Origin: Deltaproteobacteria bacterium
GTDB lineage: Bacteria > Desulfobacterota > Desulfobacteria > Desulfobacterales > UBA2156
Reading direction: 5' to 3'
Length of the DNA: 64,000 nucleotides
NCBI GenBank assembly: GCA_019309485.1
Contig: JAFDGC010000001.1
Span: 13,620-77,619, forward strand
Under the pieces are notes generated by a model. That model was not told the DNA's origin. It worked only from the letters and a program-made list of their open reading frames with translations, and did not search any database. The translations under genes were made by a program, and so were the position numbers. Positions 43,963-52,728 of this stretch are shown piece by piece (positions within the stretch are counted from its first letter, which is position 1; each line of letters opens with the position of its first letter).

Positions 43963-44670
43963 TCAGGGACAACGGATCCCCGATACCGGCACTTGCAAAA
44001 AATTCAATATCCCCCTGAAAAGGGACGCGCTGTGGGAGAGCTGCCGATAGGCTTCTTCTTTTGTCAGGATCCGGTCTTCGAATTCCAGGCGGTATCCAAG
44101 GCGCCTGGCGTCTTCTCCAATCCGGGCGACGTGGCGGGCAAGATCGGCTTCGGAAAAAATGACGATATCGTACACCCGGATCTTGTCCAGGTGAGTCAGT
44201 ATCTCCGGGTTGACCACGCCGTCGAAGGCCGCGTGGTTTTTTCGGTTGAAGGCATTGTATTCAATGTTGTGAAGGGGCTGGGACAAATCCCCCACGTAAT
44301 GGGCGCAAAATCCCAGCGAATATTGCCCGTACTTCCCCGCTTCCACTCGTCGCTGATACTCCCGAACGGAAGCGATGATGGCGCCGTAGAGGTGCCCGGA
44401 GGGATCAATCTGGTCGTATTTTTCGATCTGAGAAAAGACCATGGCCGGTGTGACCCTTGTCTTCCTGGAATTGCTCACGAAATGGTTGTGGGCTTCTATT
44501 TCCCCGGCCTTGAGTTTGGCCATGTCCGCCCCCGTGGCGTTATACCACTTGGCGTATCCGGCGGCCTTGGCGATGGCGATGTGGGTTTCATCCTGCCATG
44601 CAGGTAATTGAACGGGATTGCAAAGGCAGATGAGGGTTGCCAGGATGAAAATGAGTCCTTTTTTGTTCAT
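43963..44670 (-). CDS. Secreted S1/P1 nuclease / zinc phospholipase C superfamily-like protein
   Basis: Signal peptide, then mature W..ETHIAIA and AHYVGDLSQPLHN motifs. Confidence 0.5.
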   Translation of the reverse strand: MNKKGLIFILATLICLCNPVQLPAWQDETHIAIAKAAGYAKWYNATGADMAKLKAGEIEAHNHFVSNSRKTRVTPAMVFSQIEKYDQIDPSGHLYGAIIASVREYQRRVEAGKYGQYSLGFCAHYVGDLSQPLHNIEYNAFNRKNHAAFDGVVNPEILTHLDKIRVYDIVIFSEADLARHVARIGEDARRLGYRLEFEDRILTKEEAYRQLSHSASLFRGILNFLQVPVSGIRCP

Positions 44671-44676
44671 ATTCCG

Positions 44677-45660
44677 TTACAGGGGCAGAAGCGTACCGAT
44701 GCCTTTTTCCATTGCGCGTTGATAGACCAAAGGCGCCACGGCCATATCGTCGACGGCCAGGCCCAAGTTGGCCGCAAAGGTCCTTTCTTCAGCGGTTTCC
44801 CGTCCCGGTTTTTTTCCCGTAACCAACTCCCCCAGGTCCGCGTACACCGGCGGGCAGTTTTGAAAAAATCCCATAACCTCCTTGTAGTAAGTGTATTGCC
44901 CCAGGTGATCGGTGGTCCACTTGTCGGCCTGGCCCAAGGCTTCCCGGGACCAGTAGGAATCGAAATCCACCAGGGAGGCAAAGGCCCCCGCCGCCATCCA
45001 ACCCGACTGAATTGTCGCGTGCGGTGTTTTGAGAATGGGGCCGGAGGTGACGATGATGTCGCACCCGACAACGGCCTCTTTGGGATTCGAAACGATCTTT
45101 ACTTCAAGGCCCAGGGTCATTTCGGCAAATTGGGCCAGGCGACGGCTTTGTTCCGGCCGGACGTCGAAGGCCTTGACCCTTTTAATGGGAAAACAGACGC
45201 TCATGGCTTCCAGATTCCGGTGCCCTTGGACGCCGCAGGCCAAGACGCCGACGGTTTCGGATTCGGGCCGGGCCAGGAACCGGGCGGAAATGGCCGAAGC
45301 GGCAGCGGTGCGCATGGCCGTAATCCAGGTGCAATCCATGACCGCCCTGGGGATGCCGGTGTCCACATCGTTGAAAATCAAGAGCCCCGTAATGTAGGGA
45401 AGCCCTTTTTCCGGGTTGTCGGGATACCCGCTCACCCACTTGATCCCGGCGGATTCGAGGGCGGGGATATAGGCGGGCATGGCGTGAATAAAGGCGTTCG
45501 CCTTTTCTCCGGGATGAATCCCCGGTTTGGGCGGCATCTCCACACGGCCGTGCCCCAGTTCGAAGAATCCTTTTTCCACAACGTCGATGATCTCCGCCAT
45601 CTCCAATCCAAGGGATTCCACGTCGTTTCGACTCAGATACAAAAGGGTCCCATCGGTCAT
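44677..45660 (-). CDS. Ornithine cyclodeaminase / mu-crystallin family protein
   Basis: 327 aa with a Rossmann motif (VGVLACGVQG) and a family-typical N-terminus. Confidence 0.8.
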   Translation of the reverse strand: MTDGTLLYLSRNDVESLGLEMAEIIDVVEKGFFELGHGRVEMPPKPGIHPGEKANAFIHAMPAYIPALESAGIKWVSGYPDNPEKGLPYITGLLIFNDVDTGIPRAVMDCTWITAMRTAAASAISARFLARPESETVGVLACGVQGHRNLEAMSVCFPIKRVKAFDVRPEQSRRLAQFAEMTLGLEVKIVSNPKEAVVGCDIIVTSGPILKTPHATIQSGWMAAGAFASLVDFDSYWSREALGQADKWTTDHLGQYTYYKEVMGFFQNCPPVYADLGELVTGKKPGRETAEERTFAANLGLAVDDMAVAPLVYQRAMEKGIGTLLPL

Positions 45661-46097
45661 TTCGTCTCCTTTCGCACCATGACGCCATCAAGCAACATAT
45701 AGCACACCTGGGCCACGGCCACCGGGGTTTGTGCCGCATCGAAAAGCGTCACCGAAACCGGACAAAGGGTGCGGCCGAACTTGATCACCGTTGCCTTTGC
45801 CGTCACATCGGTAAAACACGGGGCCAGAAACCGGATGTTCATGTCCGTGGTGGTCAATCGGGCCTCCGCCCCCGTCCGGGTCAAAATGGCAAAACAAGCC
45901 GTGCTGTCGGCAAGGGTCATGAGCAGGCCCCCGTGAAAGGATTCGAAGACCCCGTCATAGGCCTGCTTCCGGGGGACCCTGGCCTCGCAGTATCCATCGG
46001 AAAAGGCAATGATCTGCATTTGAAGGGTGTCGACGATGGGAATTTTTTGGATCCGGTTCAAAAGTGGCTTTTTCATTTCCTCGGAAAAGAATTTCAT
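45657..46097 (-). CDS. PaaI-family hotdog-fold thioesterase
   Basis: FESFHGGLLMTLADSTACFA motif. 4-nt overlap with the downstream OCD gene. Confidence 0.8.
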   Translation of the reverse strand: MKFFSEEMKKPLLNRIQKIPIVDTLQMQIIAFSDGYCEARVPRKQAYDGVFESFHGGLLMTLADSTACFAILTRTGAEARLTTTDMNIRFLAPCFTDVTAKATVIKFGRTLCPVSVTLFDAAQTPVAVAQVCYMLLDGVMVRKETK

Positions 46098-46197
46098 TGT
46101 TCAACGGCGCCCTTTATGCTTTTTCGAATATCAATTCTTTGATATTATCCTCAAAAATCGGGCGGGAGGCAAACCTTTTTGTCAAGGAGAAAGAATC

Positions 46198-46764
46198 ATG
46201 TCTCGAGAATGGATCTGGTGCTTGTTTTGGATGGGAATCGTCGTGGGGTTTGCCGCGTGCGCCAACAATGAGGAGGAAGCCGACAAACCGGAAACCGTAT
46301 CCGAAACCGGGACCTCCATGGCCGGCGCCTCCGTGGTCCGGTCGGCGGTCCTCACGGTAGCCGGGGCCATAGACGCCCGGATGGAAGCCCCCGGGGATGA
46401 ATCCACACTCCTGAGAGGAAACTGTCCGCCAAACATGTGGGCCAACTTCGGCATCCAGTTCAGTCACCCGGACTATTTGTGGGTGGCCGTGACGATTATG
46501 ACCAAGGACGCCGTCCAGCCGGGGCAGACCGGGCCGGTGAGACTCGACTGGGTGGATGTCAGCTTTTTCTCCAAAGACATGAAAAGCCTTTTTTTCAAAG
46601 GCCCCGGCACATTCGACATATCCACGCACCACGCTTCCCCGGAAAACCGGCGGATGATAGGGGTCATTAAGGCTTCTGGATTAAAGGGCCGAGACGATTC
46701 CGAAGGAGAGACCCTCGATGCCGAGTTCGCTTTCGACATGAATTTTTCCTGTGGGGTGAAATAA
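46198..46764 (+). CDS. Hypothetical lipoprotein
   Basis: Start trimmed to MSREWIWCLFWMGIVVGFAAC (lipobox). AAGGAGA RBS. Confidence 0.6.
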   Translation: MSREWIWCLFWMGIVVGFAACANNEEEADKPETVSETGTSMAGASVVRSAVLTVAGAIDARMEAPGDESTLLRGNCPPNMWANFGIQFSHPDYLWVAVTIMTKDAVQPGQTGPVRLDWVDVSFFSKDMKSLFFKGPGTFDISTHHASPENRRMIGVIKASGLKGRDDSEGETLDAEFAFDMNFSCGVK

Positions 46765-46788
46765 CCGTATCAATATCCAAATTGAAGC

Positions 46789-46843
46789 TTCCCCGCAACC
46801 TCCAAGGCGGAATTTCGGCTTCACACCGACAAGTTGCGGGGAA
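46789..46843. terminator. Long hairpin between convergent genes (11-bp stem TTCCCCGCAAC/GTTGCGGGGAA)
   Basis: Direct read. There is no U-tract, so terminator function is uncertain. Confidence 0.35.
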
Positions 46844-46927
46844 TGCACGAGCTGTTGACGTTCAAGGTCGCAGGTCGCGTCAGGGACCGGAACATGGCCT
46901 TCCGAAGGGAGATAAAACACAACGGAA

Positions 46928-47293
46928 TCAGGCAAAAATATCCTGGGGCATGTAGGGGTGTGTTCCCTCGATCACCTCCACGCCCGCTTTGGCCTTGATC
47001 TTGTTGAGGATTGTCTCCTTGTAGGGACAATGGTCGGTGATGCACGGACCCACGTGAACTTTGGTGACTTTTTCTTCCAGTGGCTTGTTCCACAGATTCA
47101 CCTGGGCCAGGCGGGTCACGATGGTGGCCCCGGGGCAGTCCCCGCAATTGAGCAGGCCCACCAGTTCCGTGTCCTGGTCCTTGTAGCGCGCAAAAGCCCC
47201 TTCCCTGCGGTTGAATCCGACCATGCACCGGGAGCATCCGATGCACACGTCATCCATGGCCCGTTTGCAACCGACAATCAGGATCTTTTCCAT
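46928..47293 (-). CDS. CGGC-domain protein, paralogue 1
   Basis: Start trimmed to MEKILIVGCKRAMDDVCIGCSRC. It also has NCGDCPG and a C-terminal GTHPY. Confidence 0.75.
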   Translation of the reverse strand: MEKILIVGCKRAMDDVCIGCSRCMVGFNRREGAFARYKDQDTELVGLLNCGDCPGATIVTRLAQVNLWNKPLEEKVTKVHVGPCITDHCPYKETILNKIKAKAGVEVIEGTHPYMPQDIFA

Positions 47294-47466
47294 GGCACCT
47301 CCCTTTTCACGGTATAAAGTATACATGGCTCTGTTGGACCCTCTGCCGACTGGGGCATCTCTACCGGAAAAAGGATGGACGGTCAATATGCGCCCGTGGT
47401 ATTAAATTTAAACGGACCCGAAAGCGGCCGAAGCCTATGGTTTCAGGAACCGGGAATTCAATAAAA

Positions 47467-47520
47467 CTTGCCGCCCTTCCGCTCTGAAAGGCGGGGCCTG
47501 CAGGAAACGCTCCGTTCAAC
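47467..47520 (+). repeat. Half copy F of the repeat family (degenerate)
   Basis: cttgccgcccttccgctctgaaaGGCGGGGcctgcaGGAAAcgctccgttcaac. Confidence 0.55.
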
Positions 47521-47608
47521 CGTTCACGACAGGTTCTCATCAAAGGCGGGGATTTTTCCATGATTGAAGGAAACGATCCTCCCAGGGAAAAACAGGTTAA
47601 AATAAGGA

Positions 47609-48457
47609 ATGAAATCCGCTCTCGAACCCCTCTACAGGCGGCTCACGGATCGACTGAGGGAAATGAAACGGGTCCTGGTCGCCTTTTCCGGAGGTGTGGA
47701 CAGTACCTTTTTACTCCATGCCGCCGTTGACGCCCTTTCCAAAGAAAATGTGCTGGCGGTAACAGCGGTGTCGGAAATTATGCCCCGGCGTGAAAAAGCG
47801 GCGGCCGTTGAAACGGCCCGGCAGATGGGGGTGAAACACACGCTCGTTCAAAGCACCGAGATGACGGATCCGTGTTTTACGGCAAATCCCCATGACAAGT
47901 GTTACTTTTGCAAAAAAATCCGGTTTGAGGCCCTTTTGGAACTGGCGGCGTCCCGGGGATTTCAATTCGTCCTGGACGGGGAAAACGCCGATGATGCTTC
48001 CGACTATCGGCCGGGGTCCGTTGCCGCCCGGGAGCTGGGGGTGAGAAGCCTCCTCCGGGAAGCCGGGTTGACCAAGGCTCACATCCGCAGCTTGTCCAGG
48101 GCCTTCGGGCTTTCCACCTGGGACAAACCATCCTGCGCCTGCCTGGCCTCCCGCATTCCCTACGATCAGCCCATCACATCGGAAACACTTTTGCAGATCG
48201 ATAAGGGGGAGTCCTTTCTTTTGAGCCTGAATCTTTTCCAACAAGTCCGGGTGCGGCATCACGGGGACACCGCCCGTATCGAGGTGTTGCCCGAAGATCT
48301 TTTAAAGCTGACGGAAAACGGCGTCAGAGAACGGGTGGTGGATTACTTCAAATCCATCGGGTTTTTGTTCGTCGCCCTGGATCTGGAAGGGTATGCCACG
48401 GGGAGGCTCAACCGTGCCGTTTCCAAAGAAGAAAAGGGATCTTCCAATGGACCTTGA
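47609..48457 (+). CDS. larE: LarE-type PP-loop ATP-dependent sulfur transferase
   Basis: VAFSGGVDSTFLL PP-loop, plus CYFC and PSCACLASRIPY Cys motifs. Confidence 0.8.
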   Translation: MKSALEPLYRRLTDRLREMKRVLVAFSGGVDSTFLLHAAVDALSKENVLAVTAVSEIMPRREKAAAVETARQMGVKHTLVQSTEMTDPCFTANPHDKCYFCKKIRFEALLELAASRGFQFVLDGENADDASDYRPGSVAARELGVRSLLREAGLTKAHIRSLSRAFGLSTWDKPSCACLASRIPYDQPITSETLLQIDKGESFLLSLNLFQQVRVRHHGDTARIEVLPEDLLKLTENGVRERVVDYFKSIGFLFVALDLEGYATGRLNRAVSKEEKGSSNGP

Positions 48458-49211
48458 ACATCTCAAAAAGATTCTTGAAAGCCTCCGGAACGGCCGGATC
48501 ACCGTGGAAACCGCCATGGACCGGCTCAAGGGGCTTCCTTTCGAAGACATCGATTTCGCAAAGATAGACTCCCACCGCTCCATCCGCACCGGTTTTTCCG
48601 AGGTGATCTACTGCCCGGGGAAAACCCTTGATCAAATCCGGAAAATCGTGGAACGAAGCGTTCAAAACCGCCACAACATCCTGGCAACCCGGGCAGAAAG
48701 AGAGATTTTCGAAACCATCCGGGAAGTGACAGACGATTGTGAATATCACGAAACGGCCCGCATCGTCGTCATTAACCCCCGCCCGCTTCCGCCCGTGGGG
48801 AATATCGCTGTGGTCTGTGCCGGGACGGCGGATATACCGGTGGGGGAAGAAGCCGCCGTGACCGCCGAAATCCTCGGCAACCGCGTTCGGCGGTTTTACG
48901 ATGTGGGCGTGGCCGGACTCCATCGCCTTTTCAGTGTCCGGGAAGAACTCTTCAAGGCCCGCGTCGCCGTGGTGGTCGCCGGGATGGAAGGAGCGCTGGC
49001 GAGCGTCATCGGCGGCCTGGTCTCTTGCCCGGTCATCGGCGTTCCCACCAGCGTGGGGTACGGCGCTTCCTTCGGCGGCCTTGCGGCGATGTTGACCATG
49101 TTGAACAGCTGTGCCTCGGGTGTCTCCGTCGTCAATATCGACAACGGGTTCGGGGCCGGATATCAGGCGAGCCTCATCAACCGGATGGGTCCGCCGGATC
49201 CGGGGGCATGA
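48447..49211 (+). CDS. larB: LarB-type NaAD carboxylase/hydrolase (AIR-carboxylase-like)
   Basis: Start trimmed to MDLEHLKKIL. DxxRxxRTGFxEVIYCPGKT and VVAGMEGALASV motifs. 11-nt overlap with larE. Confidence 0.8.
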   Translation: MDLEHLKKILESLRNGRITVETAMDRLKGLPFEDIDFAKIDSHRSIRTGFSEVIYCPGKTLDQIRKIVERSVQNRHNILATRAEREIFETIREVTDDCEYHETARIVVINPRPLPPVGNIAVVCAGTADIPVGEEAAVTAEILGNRVRRFYDVGVAGLHRLFSVREELFKARVAVVVAGMEGALASVIGGLVSCPVIGVPTSVGYGASFGGLAAMLTMLNSCASGVSVVNIDNGFGAGYQASLINRMGPPDPGA

Positions 49212-49227
49212 ACATACGGTGCGGCCG

Positions 49228-49773
49228 ATGAGCACAGAGCGCATCGACCTCAAGGGTGTCGCCGCGGTGCGGCTCCAGCGCAGCCGCCGGGCCCGGCGGC
49301 TGCGCATCTGTGTTCTCGGCCCCGATACGGTTCGGGTGGTGGTGCCGCCGCGGGAGTCCCTGGCTCGGGCAAAAGCTTTCGTGGAATCAAAAAAAGAATG
49401 GATCGCTCGACAGCTTGTCCTTCTGCAGGAAACAACGCTTTTGGATCCGGATACCATTTTGAATACGAAAAAGGCCGAAAGCGAGCTTCTGATACGACTC
49501 GAAACCCTTTCCCGCCGCTTCGGCCTGCCTTTTTCCAAAGCGGTGATCCGGTCCCAGAAAACCCGGTGGGCGAGCTGCTCGGGGAAAAACACCATCAGCT
49601 TGAACATCCGCCTTTATTTACTTCCCCCGCCGCTTGCCGATTACGTGATGTTGCACGAACTGGTGCATACCCGGATCAAAGCGCACGGTCCCGCGTTCTG
49701 GAACACCCTCGAAGGGTTCATGGAGGACGCAAAACATCGGGATCGGGAACTTCGCCGGTTCCGATTAACTTAA
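49228..49773 (+). CDS. DUF45/YgjP-like (M48-related) zinc metallopeptidase
   Basis: Start trimmed to MSTERIDL. HELVHTRIKAHGPAFW contains the HExxH motif. Confidence 0.75.
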   Translation: MSTERIDLKGVAAVRLQRSRRARRLRICVLGPDTVRVVVPPRESLARAKAFVESKKEWIARQLVLLQETTLLDPDTILNTKKAESELLIRLETLSRRFGLPFSKAVIRSQKTRWASCSGKNTISLNIRLYLLPPPLADYVMLHELVHTRIKAHGPAFWNTLEGFMEDAKHRDRELRRFRLT

Positions 49774-49862
49774 TCCTAAGCTGAGCGCTTCAAATTTATG
49801 AAGATCAAATTGACAGAATTCCTTCCCTTTTTTCGAATGAAACGCCAAATGAATAGGAAAAG

Positions 49863-50963
49863 ATGAAAAAAAATCTGTCTGATGTAGAACTCGATACTTA
49901 CGCGAGGCAGGTCGTCCTTTCCGACATCGGCTACGACGGCCAGCTGGCGTTGCGGAATGCTTCCGTATGCCTGATCGGACTGGGCGGATTGGGATCCCAA
50001 CTGGCGCCCCGGATGGTGGGCATGGGCATCGGCCGGTTACGGATGGTGGACCGGGACATCGTCTCGCGTTCGGATCTTCACCGGCAAACCCTCTACGATG
50101 TGGATACCGTGGGACGGCCGAAGGTGGAGGTGGCCTTCGAAAGACTCGGCCGACTCAATCCGGACGTGGAATTGACGCCCTTTGCCGCGTCTTTGACTCC
50201 GTCCAATGCAGAGGCGGTCATCGGGGATGCCGGCGTGGTCCTGGACGGCCTCGACACTCCGGAGGCGCGCTATATCGTGAATCGCGTCTGCCACCGCAGG
50301 GGCATCCCTTACGTTTTCGGTGCCGCCATCGAGACCTTCGGGAGCGTTTCCACGCTGATTCCGGGTCAATCCATGTGTCTGGAGTGCTTCATGCCCGGCT
50401 TCCGGAACGAGGATCTGCCTAAATGCGGCGTCGTGGGGGTTCACCCGGCCGTCCTGGGGATCGTGACGGGAATTCAGGTCTCCGAGGCCGTTCGGCTGCT
50501 CCTGGGTAAGGAACCCGCGCTGATTAATAAACTCCTGCAGATCGACCTCCGGGAAATGGCCTTTGAAACCATTGAGCTGAAGGCGCGCAAAAGCTGCACG
50601 GTGTGCGGGTCCGAATCGGCGGAGGGGGAGGACGCCCCGCCGCCCCGGTGGATCGAAGAAACCTGTGCCAGGGACGGCAAACGCAATGTCATCATTTCCC
50701 CCCTGGAACCCATCGAGGTGCCCCTGGAAAAACTTCACCAGGCGCTTCTCAAAAAAAACGATACAATAAAAGCTGCCGGATCCTTCGGAATCACTTTTGA
50801 AAGCAAGGAAGGCATCACCTTATGCATGCTCAACAGCGGCACCCTCATCGCCCAGATTCCGCCGCATCTGGATACGGTGCAAAAAGAGGCGTTGTTGGAG
50901 CGCTACGCAGATCTTTTGGTGGGTGAAATGGGGTTTTCTCCGGACATCATTCCAAAGACGTGA
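49863..50963 (+). CDS. ThiF/MoeB/HesA-family E1-like adenylyltransferase with a ~110-aa C-terminal extension
   Basis: YARQVVL...CLIGLGGLGS Rossmann motif, DxDxV and paired CxxC motifs (CLEC, CTVC). The extra C-terminal domain is unrecognised. Confidence 0.8.
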   Translation: MKKNLSDVELDTYARQVVLSDIGYDGQLALRNASVCLIGLGGLGSQLAPRMVGMGIGRLRMVDRDIVSRSDLHRQTLYDVDTVGRPKVEVAFERLGRLNPDVELTPFAASLTPSNAEAVIGDAGVVLDGLDTPEARYIVNRVCHRRGIPYVFGAAIETFGSVSTLIPGQSMCLECFMPGFRNEDLPKCGVVGVHPAVLGIVTGIQVSEAVRLLLGKEPALINKLLQIDLREMAFETIELKARKSCTVCGSESAEGEDAPPPRWIEETCARDGKRNVIISPLEPIEVPLEKLHQALLKKNDTIKAAGSFGITFESKEGITLCMLNSGTLIAQIPPHLDTVQKEALLERYADLLVGEMGFSPDIIPKT

Positions 50964-52299
50964 CCTGTCGCTGGATTCCCAGCCGGAGTATCTTCCGTCG
51001 CAGGGTGTTCTTGTTGATCCCCAACTCGGCGGCGGTCTTGACCTTCTTCCAGTCATTACGGTCTAAAGCCTGCCGGATGGCGTGGTGTTCTATCTCCTTC
51101 AAAGTCAAGGCCGTGGGCGCGGTCGTTTCCAAGGTGCGGGGCCGCACGCGCTCCGGAAGATGTTCCATGCGGATCAACCCCTCCCGGCACAACACGAAGG
51201 CGTGTTCGAGGGCGTTTTCGAGCTCCCGGACATTGCCGGGCCAGTCGTAAAGCATCAAGGCGGACAAGGCCTCACGGGAGATCCCCGGCACTTGCCTTTG
51301 GTGTAATTGATTGAAATAGCCTATAAAATGATCCACCAGAAGGGGGATGTCCTCCTTTCGGTCCACAAGCGGCGGCAGCGAGAGTCTCACCACGTTGATC
51401 CGGTAATAAAGATCCTCTCGAAATTTTCCGTTTTTCACCTGCTGCTCGAGATCCCGGTGTGTAGCGGCAACAATCCGGGCGTTGGTTTCCAGGGACGTTA
51501 CGGCTCCCAGGGGTTCATACTTCCGTGTCTCGAGTACGCGCAGTAATTTCACCTGAACTGCAGGTGAAATATCCCCGATTTCATCCAGCAGGAGCGTGCC
51601 GTTTTGCGCCTGAGCAAAACGGCCGGGTTTGTCCTTTTTCGCATCCGTAAATGCGCCGCTTTTGTAGCCAAAAAGCTCCGATTCGATCAACGTATCCGGG
51701 AGGGCCCCACAATTGACGGCGACGAACGGCCCTTCCGCCTGGAGGCTGTGGTGGTGTAAGGCGCGAGCGACCAGTTCCTTCCCGGTACCGCTTGGGCCTT
51801 CGATCAACACCGTGGAACGGCTTTGGGCGATCTGGGGAAGTATCGAAAAGATTTCGAGCATCTTTCGGTTTTTACTGACGATGTCTCCAAAGGTGAATTG
51901 TTTGCGCAATGCCTTCTGGAGATGATTCAGGGCAGTCAAGTCCCGGAAGGTCATCACACCGCCGATGATCCGACCGTCGTCATCCTTGAGCACTGCGGCG
52001 GTGACGCTGATGCCGATCTGCTTTTTGTCGGGCCGCACCACATAAACAGATTGATTTGCGGCAACACTCCCTTCCACCATCGCCTGCCTTAGAAAACACC
52101 CCCGCTCGCACACATTACTTCGGAACACCTCAAAGCACGGCTTGCCAATGGCCTCCGTCTTGGAAATGCCCGTAATATTCTCAGCCGCACGATTAAAAGA
52201 TGTCACGCGCCAATCCAGGTCCACGGTATAGACGCCGTCGGCGATGCTGTTGAGAATGGTCTGGTAAAATTGGGGAATGGATTGATCAAGAAACACCAT
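50947..52299 (-). CDS. Sigma-54-dependent transcriptional activator: PAS sensor, AAA+, Fis HTH; no receiver domain
   Basis: PAS region (ILNSIADGVYTVDLDWRVTSFNRAAE), GPSGTGKE, GAFTDA and a C-terminal HTH. Confidence 0.92.
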   Translation of the reverse strand: MVFLDQSIPQFYQTILNSIADGVYTVDLDWRVTSFNRAAENITGISKTEAIGKPCFEVFRSNVCERGCFLRQAMVEGSVAANQSVYVVRPDKKQIGISVTAAVLKDDDGRIIGGVMTFRDLTALNHLQKALRKQFTFGDIVSKNRKMLEIFSILPQIAQSRSTVLIEGPSGTGKELVARALHHHSLQAEGPFVAVNCGALPDTLIESELFGYKSGAFTDAKKDKPGRFAQAQNGTLLLDEIGDISPAVQVKLLRVLETRKYEPLGAVTSLETNARIVAATHRDLEQQVKNGKFREDLYYRINVVRLSLPPLVDRKEDIPLLVDHFIGYFNQLHQRQVPGISREALSALMLYDWPGNVRELENALEHAFVLCREGLIRMEHLPERVRPRTLETTAPTALTLKEIEHHAIRQALDRNDWKKVKTAAELGINKNTLRRKILRLGIQRQVTSLE

Positions 52300-52393
52300 G
52301 ACATCCGTTTCTTTCTTGCGGGTTTGAACCGCGCGCTTCCATAGGAACTATTGCTTTTTTACTCCAATAAAATCCCGTGGTCAATTCATTAGC

Positions 52394-52478
52394 AATACTT
52401 TGTCCCTGCATTACCCAAACAAAGGATACTTTTTGTTCCCTTTTTTATCTCAAAAGGTCACATTTGTTCCCTTTTTTA
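52394..52478 (+). promoter_or_regulatory. Three direct repeats ATACTTT(TT)GT(T)CCCT spaced ~31-34 bp apart; candidate upstream activator sites
   Basis: aatactttgtccctg (about 52394-52408), gatactttttgttccct (52425-52441) and catttgttcccttttttaa (52461-52479). They lie 90-175 bp upstream of the -24 element. Confidence 0.5.
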
Positions 52479-52567
52479 AGGCCAAGAAAAGGTGAGTTTT
52501 GACGCATCGTCGTTTTTCTTTCAATTGTTTCAGTTAGTTGTATACCTTCCGGGCTTCCCTGGCATTC

Positions 52568-52583
52568 AGGCATCAAAATTGCT
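52568..52583 (+). promoter_or_regulatory. Sigma-54 promoter candidate upstream of the MBL-fold gene
   Basis: AGGCATCAAAATTGCT with exact GG-N10-GC spacing. It lies 146 nt upstream of the ATG and is divergent from the EBP gene. Confidence 0.65.
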
Positions 52584-52728
52584 CTACTTGTTTAAGTCCC
52601 CCCTCATCTCGATCACGCAGAACCGTCCGTCGGAGCGCTTCCGGGCAACATCGCCCGATAACATAGATAAAACCCCGTAGGATCTCCATCCAAAGGGAAA
52701 ACGGGAAGATTCAAAAAAAGGAGGTATC

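Noticed and set aside
48408-49607. 399-aa minus-strand ORF opposite larB and the DUF45 gene
   Set aside because: It is a shadow ORF. The plus-strand genes have clear family motifs and coupled starts.
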